The notes: generated by a model not told the origin, from the letters alone. Shown: positions 13,001 to 28,000, counted from the first letter of the stretch. The stretch: DNA of 64,000 bases from Somniosus microcephalus (GCA_052327205.1 CM126212.1:52824001-52888000), one strand, 5' to 3'. A program made the numbers and translations.

Positions 13001-16000
13001 TTAATCCCTTTGTCCTCCTTTGTTGAATCCTGAACTGCTCCCAATCCTTAGGATTATTGCTTTTTCTGGCCAATTTGTATGTCCTCCCCTTGGATCTTAT
13101 GCTATCCCTAATTTCCCTTGTTACCCACTGTTGAGTCACCTTTTTTGTTTTATTTTTGTGCCTAACTGGGACGAACAACTTCTGTAGTTCATCCATTCGG
13201 TCTTTGAATGTTTGCCATTGCCTATCCACCGTCAAGTCTTTGAGTGCCATTCCCCAATCAATCCTACCCAACTCGCTCCTCAGACCATCGTAGTTTCCTT
13301 TATTTAAATTGAGGACCCTTGTTTCTGAGTCAACTACTTCATTCTCCATCTTAATGAAAAATTCGATCATATTATGATCGCTCCGACCCAAGGGGCCTTG
13401 TACAACAGGATTGCTAATTAATCCTTTCTCGTTACATAATACCCAGTCTAAGATGGCCTGATCTCTGGTTGGTTCCTCGACATATTGGTCCAGGAAACCA
13501 TCCCATAAACACTCCAGGAATGCCTCCTCCACAGTATTGTTACTAATTTGGTTAGCCCAATCTATATGTAGATTAAAGTCACCCATGATGACTGCTGTGC
13601 CCTTATTGCACGCTTCTTTAATTTCCCTTTTAATGCCATCTCCAACCTCTGCCTTACTGTTTGGAGGTCTATATACCACTCCCACTAATGTTTTTTTCCC
13701 CTTAGTATTTCTCAATTCTACCCATACAGATTCCACATCATCAGAGCTAATATCCTTCATTACAATTGTGTTAATCCCTTCTTTAACCAGTAATGCTACC
13801 CCACCTCCCTTTCCTTTTTGCCTATCTTTCCTGATGGGGGATGAGATAAAATCAAGTTCTTACTTTCAGTCGTAACATGCACAACACAGTTTCAATTTCC
13901 CCACATCCACCTACATCTGTGTCTTCAGGCAACAGCGAGACGGCAGTTTGGAGACAGTAGCTTATGTTATGATTGAGTTACAAAATATTTTCCATTTTCA
14001 TTATGATATAGTAATCTGGGATGTAATGTTTAAGTTATCCACCAGATGGAGCCTAATATTAAGGATTCACATTCACCAGTTTTTAAGGTAATGGGTCATG
14101 TATTCAATGTCCTGGTACACCAGTTTATACGGTAATGTGGCATTGCATTATGGGTATGATGACTCAGAGGTGAATCCTCCATCTTGCCATCGTGCAGTAA
14201 GAATTGTGTGCTTTGCTTGCAGCCTGTAAGAGATGTTTCTCTGCTACACCGGGTAAATAAACAGTTGGGTTTTGTTCCTAATATCTCGCTTCTCTCAGTT
14301 TCTGACCTTACTACTCGGATATCACAATTATCATCCATCGTGTACTCTATTTATGATATGAGAGTGCTGTGTTTTTCATGGGGTTCAGGTGAGAAGATGG
14401 ATATTTCTTTTAAATTTAAAACAGGTTTATACTGGATCACTTTTGGTACTTAATGTTAGCATTGTGCACTCCTCAAGTCAAGTACATAGCACAGGTTACG
14501 TGCAGAATAAATCTTTCCACTCATGTCTCAACTATTCCATTTAAACCCAGCCCCAGAGAAGCACGCCCCAAACACTGGAGCAGTGTAACTTTTCCGTTTC
14601 CTGCAGCCTCCCATCATTATGGCCGCTCTGAGCAAGACTGAATGAAGTGCTTGGATTTAAACTCATGTCCCTGATGAAAAAGCAATGTTTCCACTGTGAA
14701 AAAGAGTCCACTGTGTCTCACAATTCACAGCCTAAATGTTCTATTTTGCCTTAAGGAGGGTATCAAGCTTCACCAGGAACCGTATCTTACACTCTCCATC
14801 AATCCTCAGAGCCCCACTCTGATACTATTAAATGTAATTTAAACATGTATGTATTCCACAAATCAATATTTCTATGTTGTCATTGTTTTGCTGAAATATT
14901 GGAAAATATTTTGACTTTATTATTAGGAGTTTGAGGAACAGGAGAGATCAGGAAAGCAATAATGTCTTAGCAAATTAACCAGCTATGAGATTTGAAAATT
15001 TGCTGTATTCAAAACACATTCATATTTCTATAGTGTGGTTGGAGCAAAAGTCTGTGCTGTGTCGTAATGTCAGGTAAACATTCTCACCATCGCAGCTCTA
15101 TTTCTCAAATTTTCTCCTGCCTTGTTTGACCAAGTCAAATAAAGTCAAGGTCAAATCTTCATGAACCTATAGGCCATGTGTTTTAATGTCTGATTTTGCT
15201 ATCTAAGTGTAAGTCTTCAGGCAAGTGTTAATATTTTTTTCTCCTGAATCCCTGAATACAAACGAGTTTGCTCACTGTAATTGCAAAAGAAAAGAAGACT
15301 TTAGCAGAAGGAAGAAGAGAAACAATGTGAAAAGGAAATGGGAGAGAGGCCACACAGAGATACTTACCAACTCGAGCTTATCCATCTTTAACCGAACATG
15401 AGGGTCCAGAGAGACCTTTTGTTTGATGCTGGGCACTTCTTTCAGAATGGATGTTTTGGCAGCTGTAGGGGGAGGAATGAAAGGGCATTACACATGCTAA
15501 TTTGTGTCAAATCCAACATCCTTTGGAATGATAAATGTTCTTAGGGTTCCAAATTGTGCTGGATTCTACTTCAATCTTGGTTTGAGACCTGGACCAGTTC
15601 AGAGTATTGGTCGATAAATATGTGCACAAGCTCCTAATCCTCAATCCCATTGGCCTAACAAATATTTCCTCAAAAGGCCCGATGCTCCCTCAAAACGGGA
15701 AGAAGCATTATGACTTTTTTTTCCTGTTTTTTAATCAGAAGGTGGGTTAGATTCAGCCATGTAATTTGGACAGCCTCTCAGTATACTGAATACAGCAGAT
15801 ATGAGGCTTGTGGTTGCACCTTTGTCCTGTCACTGGTTGTTGGTAGAATGTTGAGTGAATACCAAGGGTCTTTGTTACTGGTGGGGCCTCATACACAGCA
15901 GGCAGCTCCTTGAAAAATGCCGGTTATACTGCCCAGTTCAGAGTGTTGGTCAATTAACATGTGCACAAGCTCCGATCCTCAATCCCATTGTACAATTTGG

Positions 16001-19000
16001 CCCATAATGCTAATTGTAGTGTATGTGCTTTAAGTCAGAACTACTTTTTACAGCTCCTGTATACTGTAGTACCGGCAGTAACCACACCGGTATATAAGCT
16101 GTGCGCATGCCTCTGTACCCCAGTCTAGAGATTACCCTCCTCCAGTAAAGACCTGTTATTTGTTTATGTACAGCATCCATGTAATTATTTATCCACTGAA
16201 CCACGGATCTAACAGTGGCGACGAGTGCTGATGCGAATCTACCTGCAACATTTAAAAAAAAGTCGAGTCCAGGAACACGGGCGTCGACCGCGAGCAACCG
16301 CCCAGCAGTCAGGCAGAGATCCAACTTTGCTGGGGAGGCTGTGGAGAGCCGGGCTTGGTTCCCCAGCCACAACGAGCAGTAAGAGACTGACGACAGGTCC
16401 AGAGCAGACCCTTCCCGAGCAGTGGCGGCTGGAGCCGACCGACGGCAGAGAGAGAGAGAGCCGGGCAGCATCGACGAGGTAAGAAAGAGGGTGAAGAGAG
16501 CAGGGCGCAGCCGAGGGTTGATCACCGAGCGGCGTCGAGGAAAAATACTGCAAACCGGAGAGAGAGAGGGTAAGAAACAGCCGGGTTCTAGACTGAGCGG
16601 CGTCGACAAATATCAAGAGAAGAACGCGCAGAGCACAGCCAGGGATCATGGGCTGATCAGGGTCTGCGGGGCGAAGCAAGGGGAGACGCCATTGAGCCGC
16701 GGAGAAGCAGGGAGAGCGCGGGAGACGCCATTGAGCCGCGGAGAAGCAGGGAGAGCGCGGGAGGCGCCATTGAGCCGCGGAGAAGAAGGAAGAGCGTGGG
16801 AGACGCCATTTTGCGAAGCCGCAGCGGAGAAGACGGGCGAGCGCGGGAAGGAAGGAAAGCGCGGGAGACGCCATTTTGTGCCAGCGGAGAAGAAGGGGAA
16901 GCGCGGGAGGTGCCATTGGTGATAGTTAACACACAACCAAGGATGCCGAAGAGTGGCAGTATCTCTACGTTCGACAATGAAGTCGAAGATTGGGCGACAT
17001 ATGTGGAACGTATTGAGGTGTACTGCAGGGCGAATGAAGTGCCAGATGCTAATAAAGCACTGGTTCTGTTAAATTCCATGGGTGCAAAAACTTATGGGTT
17101 ACTGCGAAATCTAATAACCCCAGAGAAGCCGGTAAACAAGAGTTTTGAAAGCATAGTAGAAATCCTACAGGACCACTTAAACCCCACACCGCTGCTGATA
17201 GCAGAACGATTTAAGTTCCATAAAAGGAACCAACACAAAGACGAAAGCAATGCTGAGTACCTAATGGAACTGCGCAAGCTATCGAAATACTGCCAGTTTG
17301 GAGCGGGACTAGCAGACACGTTAAGGGACAAGTTTGTGTGTGGGCTACAAAGTGAAGGAACCCAGAAACGGCTTCTATCAGAAAAGGACCTTACGCTGGA
17401 CAAAGCTTTCAGTATGGCAGTATCACATGAAGCAGCTGCAAGGGGCGCTGCAGAGATACAACGGAGACCGCAAGAATATGGCACCAACGAAATGACCTAT
17501 GGAACAGGGAAGTGCTATCGCTGCGGCAGAACAACACATGACCAGAAAGATTGTTGGTTCAAGGACCAAGTGTGCAGACAGTGTGGGAAAGCAGGACACA
17601 TAGCAAGAGTCTGCAGGTCTGGGAAGAAAACCAACAGTAAGAAATCTCCACAGGAGAAGTACAAAAAGGTACACCAGGTGATGGACAGTGGTTCAGACGA
17701 ACAGAAAAGTGACACAGACTCCGGAAGCAAGGAGCTGGGTTGTCTGAAACTACATAATGTAACCGAAATGGAGGATCACCAGACTATCTGGGTTACACTC
17801 AAGATAGACGGAGTCCAAGTGGAAATGGAATTGGACACAGGGTCAGCTCTAACAGTCATAAATCAAAGAGACTACAAGCGGCTATTTTCACACATACCCT
17901 TAAAAGCTACAGAGATTGTCTTGAAGACGTATACGGGGCAAAAAGTCTACCCCAAAGGAAAAATAAGGGTGAAAGCGACATATAAAGGCCAGGAAATACC
18001 TAAAATGGATATATATGTATTGCCAAATGGAGGACCACCACTGCTAGGACGTGAATGGATCCGGAAGATACATTTAGATTGGCATTCCATACAGGCACGG
18101 AAGGTGGAGGCCAAAAAGGATGACGACGTCACACCTGGACGACTATCAAAAATGCTAACTGATGCAAAAGAAGTGTTCCAGGAGGGACTAGGAACACTAA
18201 AAGGAATAACAGCAACAATTAAAATAGAGGATAATGCAAGCCCAAAGTTTCTGAAGGCCAGACCAGTGCCTTATGTGATCAGACCAGCGGTTGAAGCAGA
18301 GCTGGAAGGGTTGGAACGTTCAGGAGTACTGTCCAAAGTGGACTGGAGCGAGTGGGCTGCACCCATCGTTCCTGTAATGAAGAGGTCGTTGAGTAATACA
18401 CCTGGGGAACCAAAGAAGGTCCGCATCTGTGGGGATTTTAAGGTGACAGTGAACCCAGTCCTTCACACGGTGCAATATCCGCTTCCACGAATTGAGGATA
18501 TTTTCGCCTCGCTATCTGGTGGTAAACGCTTCACCAAAATTGATCTAGCCCAGGCGTACTTGCAAATGGAGGTAGAAGAAGCTTCGAAACATTACCTTAC
18601 GATCAACACCCATAAAGGTCTCTATCAATACAACCGGCTGGTGTTTGGAGTAGCCTCGGCTCCGGCTATCTGGCAAAGGGCGATGGATCAGGTCCTGCAA
18701 GGGATTCCAGGGACCCAGTGTTATTTGGACGACATCTTGGTCACGGGCAAAAATGATGGTGATCACCTCGCTAACTTGGAGAAGGTGCTCACCAGATTAA
18801 AGGAATATGGGCTACGAGCTAATCGTCACAAGTGCGAGTTTTTCCAGAAACAGATCTCGTATTGTGGCCACGTCATTGATGAAGAGGGGTTACATAAGTC
18901 CCCTGACAAGATTGAGGCAGTAGTCAAGGCTCCAGCACGGGAAAATGTGTCACAACTGAGGTCGTTCCTCGGGCTGGTAAACTATTACCACAAGTTCTTA

Positions 19001-22000
19001 CCAAATTTGTCTACGGTATTGCACCCGCTGAACACCCTACTGCAAACAGGGGGTACCATGGAAGTGGGATGACGAACGTAGACGAGCTTTCCAGAAGTGT
19101 AAAGAATTGATCACATCAAAAGAGGTGTTGGCCCATTTCAACCCAGCACTACCAATTCGTTTGGCATGTCATGCATCGCCCTACGGCATTGGAGCGGTGC
19201 TGTCGCACAAATTCCCAGACGGGTTGTAGAGGCCAGTAGCCTTTGCGTCTCGGTCACTAACCTCAGCCGAGCGCAACTACGCCCAGATTGACAGGGAGGC
19301 CCTCAGCCTAGTATGGGGAGTAAAAAAATTCAACCACTATCTGCATGGACAGAAGTTCACCTTGCTGACTGACCACCAACCACTTATCTCCATCTTTAAT
19401 CCTAAGAAGGGCGTGCCAGTAATGACTGCACAGCGGTTACAAAGATGGTCCCTGTTTCTAGGGGCGAATCAATTAGAAATAGAATATAAAGGCATGAGAC
19501 AGCATGGGAACGCTGATGGGCTATCGCGCCTGCCACTGCCTACGGTGGAGGAAGCACCAGCAGTGGACCCTATCGAGATATTTTATTGGTCGATAATTGA
19601 ACGATTGCCAGTAACAAACGCGGATATAGAGAAGGAGACCCGCAATGATCCGACACTGTCACGGGTATATGAATTGACGGTGAGGGGATGGCCAACACAT
19701 GGCGACTCACTGTTGCCAGCATTCTCATCCAGAAGAGAACAGCTGTCAGTATGCCAGGGGACAGTGATGTGTGGATCCAGAGTGGTGATTCCACCCAAGT
19801 TAAGGGAGAGAGTGCTAAATGAGCTACATGAAGGTCATCTGGGGGGAGTGAAAATGAAAAGCCTAGCTAGGGCTTATGTGTGGTGGCCGGGAATCGATCA
19901 ACAAATCGATGACCTAACTAAGAGCTGCTTAGGATGCCAGAAGGTCCAAAATGCACCACCACATGCCCCTCTACACCCATGGGAGTGGCCCTCCTCTCCA
20001 TGGCAATGGGTGCACATTGATTTTGCTGGTCCATTCATGGACTCAATGTTCTTAATAGCAGTGGATGCTCATTCAAAGTGGCCTGAGGTGATAAAGATGT
20101 CTTCAACCACTACAGAGAAAACGATTGCAGTCCTACAGACCATATTTGCCAGAAACGGGTTGCCAGAGCAGATCTGCTCTGATAATGGACCACAGTTTGT
20201 GTCCGACGAGTTCCAAAAATTCATGAAAAGGAATGGGGTAAGGCATTACACATCCGCCCCGTATCATCCAGCCACCAATGGATTGGCTGAGAGGTTCGTA
20301 CAAACCTTTAAGAACGTGATAAAGGCCATGTGCGACGAGGAAATTCCACTACAGCATAAGATGGACAATTTCTTATTAGCCTACCGAAACGCGACACATG
20401 CAGTTACCAACCAGACCCCGGCCATGATGTTCTTTAACCGAAGGTTGAGATCTCGTCTGGACTTGCTCAGACCAAATGTGCGAAGAAATGTTGAGGACAA
20501 ACAATTCCAGCACATCAACGAGAAGCCGACAAGGAGCTTCAATGTAGGGCAACCAGTCTTGGCCCGGGACTATCGAACAGAGAAGTGGCAACCCGGAATG
20601 ATATGTACAAGGCAGGGGCCATTAATGTACACAGTGGATGTCGGGGAGAACATTGTGAGACGCCACGTCGATCAGATCTTAGCATCACAGGAATGCGTCA
20701 ACCCCATGTCTCGAGTACCTGGGGATGAACCCGACATACCGGTAGTATCTACTTCGGACCCAGTAGCAGTGGAACCCGATGAACTACCCGATGAAAGGGG
20801 GTCAGAATCGCCTCTGCACCAAGAACAAGAACCTCCGGAAAGGTGCTATCCCGAAAGGGTCAGGAAGCCGCCCCAAAGACTGAATCTATAAATGGACTTT
20901 TGTTATTGAATGTACATGTAAAAATGTAATTGTTATTTGAATATTAAGGGGGTATTATTAATCTAAAAAGGGAGGAATTGTAGTGTATGTGCTTTAAGTC
21001 AGAACTACTTTTTACAGCTCCTGTATACTGTAGTTCCGGCAGTAACCACACCGTATATAAGCTGTGCGCATGCCTCTGCACCCCAGTCTAGAGATTACCC
21101 TCCTCCAGTAAAGACCTGTTATTTGTTTATGTACAGCATCCGTGTAATTATTTATCCACTGAACCATGGATCTAACACTAATGGATGGAAAATCACGTGA
21201 TTTATTGACAACTCAACTGCAGCGTGCAATGCCCTGTCAGTGGCACGGGGGCCTTAGAAAGTTAAGACCCACATCTCAGGTTAGCAAAGCACACTAAAAA
21301 CCTCTAAAACCAGATCAACCTTATTTTAAGTCCTTCTGTGCTCTCACATCCTGGTTGTTACAAGTTTTGGGTCTGCACTAGATATTTTCTTGCATTCAGC
21401 ATCACTAGTCACTCCCGTAAGTGGACTCCACACCCCTTATAATCAGGTATATACCTGAAACAACAAAGTTAGTAAAATTTCCCTTTTAATGCCTCTCCTT
21501 TAGGTGTCAGACTTGGCACAATGGTAGCATGCTCGCCTCTAAATCAGAAGCATGTGGGTTCTAAATCCCCCTATAGACACTTCAGCATGTATCCTGGGAT
21601 GGCACTTCACTACTGAGAGAGTGCTACACTGTCGGAGGTGCCATTTTTCGGATGAGACATTAAACCGAGGCCCTGTTTGCTCTCTCAGGTAAAAGATCTC
21701 AAAGCACTATTTGAAGAAAAGCAGGGTAGTTCTCGGGATGTCCTGACCAACATTTATCCCTTAATCAACATCACTGTAAAACAGATTATCTGGTTATTTA
21801 TCTCATTGTTGTATGTGAGATCTTGCTGTGCATAAGTTGAATGCCGGATTTCCCAACATTACAATAGTGAGTACACTTCCAAAAATGAATTAATTGCTGT
21901 GAAGTGCTTTGGGATGTTCTGAGGTCATGAACGGCCCTATATATAAATGCAAGTTCTTTCTTTCTATAAAGGGACAAGTTAGATTTGAATAATTTTCTCA

Positions 22001-25000
22001 TTTGTAAATTGAATGATTATTTACCTATAGATTGGGTACAGGAACCAACTGGTGCAGAAAGTACTTGGAGCTGGATTTAACTCGGAAAATGGCTTCTGGG
22101 TCCGATTCACATAATAGGACCCCAATTTGCATATATTTAGGTGGCCGCCTCATCCGCCTACAAGTTGACATCAGGAATGGTCGGCATCTGAGCACGTATG
22201 TAACCTACTCCTTTTTAGCTGCCTATCCACCTGGTTTCTGCTGGGCGGGTAGGGTTAAAATCGACTCCTTGGGATCTGTTCTGACACCGGAGCCAAATCA
22301 GGTGGGCTGACTGGCCACACAAGAGTGACTAGAACTTGGACAGGCCGATCACACAGACAAGCAAGTTGAACTGACCAGTCACACAGCCCAACCAGAGCCT
22401 GGACTGGCTGGTCACACAATCCATTCCTTTTTGATTCAGCCAAACATGTATAAATAACTAAAAGACCCTCTTTAATTTTCCCACTGAGCATATTTGGGCT
22501 TGGTTGAGGATACCTTGTGGTATATTATGGAGTTACATGGGTTTAACCTCAAGCAAGGTGGGTGGAAGTGAGGAAGAACTGGAGAAACAGCCTGGTAAAC
22601 ACTTTTCTAAAACCATGTAAATTGAAGAAGTTCAGAAGATGAAAAGCTTTGTCCCTCACCACACTAAGGTTAGATACCTGAGGCAATGAGCTCTGGCGGG
22701 CAAATGTCTGGTGACTGGGAAGGCACAAGACAGTGGTCTTCAAGTCGGGGCTGTAGAGAAAAATACAAAAGCATATGATTAGCACAAACATGTTATAATA
22801 TGATGCATAGGTACTTACTATACTGGGGTTAAGGACCATAGGCCAAAGGTCAGCAGAGTAACAGATTCATATGCTGCAGATGTAGTTGGTCCCGTTGATA
22901 AGTATGGTATTTTTTCCCTCAACTTTTCTCCCGCTTCTCCTGGACAGCCACTCATTTTGGGGTACAGCTCTACAGGTGCCAGGGGCCCTCTGGCACTTCA
23001 CCCAAGTGGCCATTATTTATATATGAGCCTATGCAGTGAGTATCAGCATGTTATTCACCCATAGAGAGCAGCCCTTTCTCACCCGATGTGCACACATGCA
23101 CTTTTGAGTAGGAGTCACTGGACAACAACTTTAGGACTCCTAATTAAGATCAGCTAATGCAGCAAAGACCAGAGATCGCACTAGGGGCCATTGACAGGAG
23201 TACGGGAGAAAGCACTCTACTGCCTTCTGGCTGAACGAAGTTGCAGAGGCCCAGAAAGGCAGAATATTATTAAATATATTGTATTTCTATTTATAATCAT
23301 GTAATTTTGAATTAGATGTCTTAAATCGATACTCCAGAGCATACACGTAAAAATGGTATTTGTAAGTCTTATTTGTTAATTCCTTAGGTAAAAAAAAACT
23401 GCGGCCTAATTTACTTGGCCATTTTGCCAGACTCATGCAGTAATTCCAGCAGATTTTTGGGCCTGCTATGTTTAAAATGTTTTGATAACTAACTTAATGG
23501 CCCAGAAATTCGGGTCGGGGGCTTTCCGCGGGTGCAAGCCCCCGACCTGCACTTACCTTGCGCGCCGGCAGTTGAGCTCTGGGCTCCCGTGGAATTCCGC
23601 TCCGGGGCCTAGCCCAGCTGCCAGCGCGCTGTGCTTGCATGTCCCAGGGGCGTAGTTAGTGTGATGCGTCCCCTGGGATCACGTGAGCCATGGGCAGCCA
23701 ATCAGAGGAGGGAAAAGCCCATTCATAAGATTGACAGGAAGACCTGTCTAAATTTATGAATATACGGGCCCCAAAATAACAGTAAACCTTCAAATAATTT
23801 TTTTTTTAATCACACTTTTTAAATAAACTATAAATTACATTAAATAACTATTTTAAACAATAATTTAAATTTTTGAAAAAAATAATTTTATAAAAAAACG
23901 GGGCTAAAAATAAACTTACCTTGCTTTAAAGTATTTAAAAATAATAAACCTGTGGAAAAAATGTTTTAATTTTAATTAATTGGCCACTTACCTTTTAAAA
24001 TGCAGGCCTTACGTCTGGTTTTTACATTTCTAAAATCTAAAGACTTCCCCTCACGGAAAAACCTGTAAAAAAACGTAAGTTCAAAGCGCACGCGTTCGAC
24101 CTCTGAACCCCTTCGTTCAGAGGAACGGAAGTGGCGGATTCCCGTGCATGCGCAGTGCATGCAAGAAACCAGCACTTCCATCGGGTCCACGCGTGAGTAC
24201 CCCGTGCGTACTCACGCGTTGGGACCCGAATTTCTGGGCCATTATCTTGACATCGTACACGCCCAGATGAGTCCAGCTGTGATGCTCATTCTACCTTCAT
24301 CTACAGAATGCTATGGTACGTCAAGTGATGGTCTAATTCACTCTCTGCCTCTGTCTTTATTGCTGTCTGAGAAGAAAGAAAGAACTTGCATTTATATCGT
24401 GCTTTCCACCACCTCAGGACATCCCAAAGCGCTTTACAGCCTATGAAGTACTTTTGAAGTGGAGTCACTGTTGTAATGTAGGAAACGCGGCAACCAATTT
24501 GCGCACAGCAAGCTCCCATGAACAGCAATGTGATAATAACCAGATTATCTGTTTTAAGCTGTTGGTTGAGGGATAAATATTGGCCAGGACACTGGGGAGA
24601 ACTCCCCCTGCTCTTCTTCGAAATAGCAGCATGCGATTTTTTATGTCCACCTGAGAGGGAAAGTGGAGCCTCGGTTTAACATCTCATCTGAAAGATGGTA
24701 CCTCCGACAGTGCAGCGCTCCCTAGATTTTATACTCAAGTTTCTGGAGTGGAACCCATGACTTTCTGACTCAAAAGCGAGAGTGCTATCACTGAGCCACA
24801 GCTGACACCAGAGGTTAGATAGGTGGTTGAAGGAAAGGGGAACAAAGGGATATGGGAACAGGGCAGGCACGTGGAATTAGGACTTCTGCTTATGTGGAGG
24901 ATAAACACCAACACGGACTGCCGGTTTCCATTTTGTAATTGCTATGTAGTTCTCTGTAATATCCTTCACACTGACCTTGGGTGTTCTCACATGAACCTTC

Positions 25001-28000
25001 AGCCTGCAAGAACTGTAGCCATTTCCAGTGTTCTTCTGAGCCGAGTGGTCCCCATTGTGTAATGAAGTACGAGGATGTAAAAGTCCTTTGCCTGGTAAAA
25101 AGGCAATTGTTGTGGTTCCTTCATTCCTTTAAATAAATTATAAGAATAAAATTAAAAACACAGTTACAAACTTGTGGGACACTCCACAGCAGGTAGGTAC
25201 AAAAATGGATTTGTCAAATGGTGTGTTTCAAAACCAGTTTAGCTTCAAACCTGCAACGCAATGCGGTTTAACTAAACACGAACAGACTCAGCTGGACCAC
25301 ACACAGTTAAACTTAAAGCTTTTCCACAATGGCATGGGCCAGAAGATGCAGGGTTCGAGCCCCACTCCAGACAGTCCCGCCGAGTGGAGTTGGAGCTCCA
25401 GCTTTGAATTCTGGGTTGACATCCAGCGGGATACTCGCATCCAGTGGGTGGGGGTGGCCCCCCGCCATATAGGACTAACCACCCTACTGGCTGCTATAAA
25501 GATGGTAACGTCCATGGAAGGAGCGTTCACGTGGCCAGTCAGACTGTTAATCAGCCTGTAAATCCTTCCACTACTTCATACTATTCCCCAAAGGAACACA
25601 ATGAGAACACATGAAAAGAAGATTAACTTTTCAGTCCGTATTTTACTTTCAGAAGGATATTAAGGCCCTGAAATTCCTTGACTTCAATGAAAAGGAAAAC
25701 CGGGCGATTGTATGATAAGCTGCCCACTGCTGCAGGGCACCAAGAACGATCCACCCAATATGTGGAGAATGATCATGGGTGTGAAGCAACAATTCCACTC
25801 CATGGCAAAGTGTGCTGGCCCTCCAATTCACTGCACCACCTTTATGTTTAAGAAGAGTAGACTTTACCTTCAAAACTATTAATGATACCCTAGGAAATAT
25901 GAAGTGAAAATAATGCATGGTATTCAACAATTATCATTTCTAAGTTAGTTATATCTGAGAATCTCATAAGAAAGACTTGCATCTTTCACAACCTCAGGAT
26001 ATCCCAAAGCGCTTTACAGAGAATGAAGTATTTTGAACTGTAGTCACTGTTGTACTGTAGGAATTGCGGCAGCCAATTTGTGCACAGCAAGCTCCCAAAT
26101 AAAGCAATGTAGTAAATAACCAGATCACCTCTTTTTTAGAAGTTGGTTGACGGTTAAATGTTGGCCAGGGCATCGGGAGAACTCTGCTGCTCTTCTTTAA
26201 AATAGTCCCATAGGATCTTTTACACGCACACGAGCGGGCAGACAGGGCCTCGGTTTAATGTCTCATCTGAAAGACGGCACCACCGACAGTGCAGCACTCC
26301 CTCAGTATTGCACTGAAGTGCCAACCCGGATTGTGTGCTCAAGTCTCTCGAGTGGGGCTTGAACCCACAACCTTCTGACTCAGATTCGAGAGTGCTACCA
26401 CCGAGCCACAGCTAACAAACAATATGATGGTGGAGCCCAGCACATGAGTGCAAAAGACAAGGCTGAAGCGTTTGCAACCATCTTCAGCCAGAAGTGCCAA
26501 GTAGATGATCCATATCAGTCTACTCCTGAGGTCCCCACCATCACAGAAGCCAGTCTTCATCCAAATCGATTCACTCCCCGTGTATTACCATCGCTGAATC
26601 CCCCACCATCAGCATCCTGGGGGTCACTATTGACCAGAAACATAACTGGACCAGCCACATAAATACTGTGGCAACAAGAGCAGGTCAGAGGCTGGGTATT
26701 CTGCGGCGAGTGTCTAACCTCCTGACTCCCCAAAGCTTTTCCACCATCTACAAGGCACAAGTCAGGAGTGTGATGGAATACTCTCCACTTGTCTGGATGA
26801 GTGCAGCTCCAACAACACTCAAGAAGCTTGACACCATCCAGGACAAAGTAGCCCGCTTGATTGGCACCCCCTCTACCACCTTAAACATTCACTCCCTCCA
26901 CCACCAGCATACCGTGGCTGCAGTGTGTACCATCTACAAGATGCACTGCAGCAACTCGCCAAGGCTTCTTCGGCAGCACCTCCCAAACCCACAACCTCTT
27001 CAACCTAGAAGGACAAGGGCAGCAGGCGCATGGGAACACAACCCCCTCCAAGTTCCCCTCCAAGTCACACACCATCCTGACTTAGAAGTAGATTGCCGAT
27101 CCTTCATCGTCGCTGGGTCAAAATCCTGGAACTCCCTCCCTAACAGCACTGTGGGAGTACCTTCACTACGCGGACTGCAGCGGTTCAAGAAGGCGGCTCA
27201 CCACCACCTTCTCAAGGGCAAGTAGGGGTGGGCAATAAATGCTGGCCTTGCCAGCGATGCCCACATCGCATAAACAAATTTTAATAATGTAAAATAGCCT
27301 ACTTACGTAAACCTTATTTTATTGATGATGCTTCTGGCTTCCTCATATGTTACTCCAAGCAGAGACTTTTTGTTAATAGCGATCAGCTGGTCTCCGGGAT
27401 GAAGTCGGCCATCCTTCAAACAATTACAGGAAAATCCACTTAAAGATCAAGCAGACGATTGTAATTTTATTATTTTAGCAGGAACATGCAGAATTTCATC
27501 ACTCAGTCTCACGTCAGCACGATTATTCTGCTGTAATTCTAAGATTTTTCAAGGTGATGCAAGCCATTAAAATGTATATTTTCCGTGATTTTTTTTGTGC
27601 GTATCAAGGTGAGAAATGTTGGTGCTGTGAAATGGAACAAATTTCTACTTTTGACAACCAGTGTCAGCATCAAGCGTGCTCAGGTCACGTATGGCACAGT
27701 TAGATAGGAAGCAAAGGGCCCTCTTCTCTCCCCCAACAATGTGCCTTAACCCAACCGCAGAAGAGCACCCCTACTCCGCTTGTGTGACATTTCCCATACT
27801 AGGGGGCAGATCACAGAATCACAGAATCACAGAATCTACAGTGCAGATAGAGGCCATTTCGGCCCATCGAGCCTGCACCGACACACATCCCACCCCATCC
27901 CCGCAACCCCACGTATTTAATCCCCTAACACTAAGGGTCAATTTATCACAGCCAAATCAACCTAACCTGCACATCTTTGGACTGTGGGAGGAAACCGGAG

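Larger units (their letters stand above)
16015..21177 (+). mobile_element. Full-length Ty3/Gypsy (Mag-like) LTR retrotransposon B
   Basis: LTRs 16015-16214 and 20979-21177 (TG...CA, about 4 substitutions + 1 indel), TSD CTAAT, PBS TGGCGACGAG (tRNA-Ser type) 16216, PPT 20965-20977. Confidence 0.97.

Noticed and set aside
16796-20891. Active or domesticated gag-pol gene
   Set aside because: Frameshift near 19050 and stop near 19227, with LTRs and TSD retained; an ordinary young dead copy
25326-25570. Possible structured ncRNA with a B-box (ggttcgagccc)
   Set aside because: Most likely a degraded SINE; no supportable fold or family assignment
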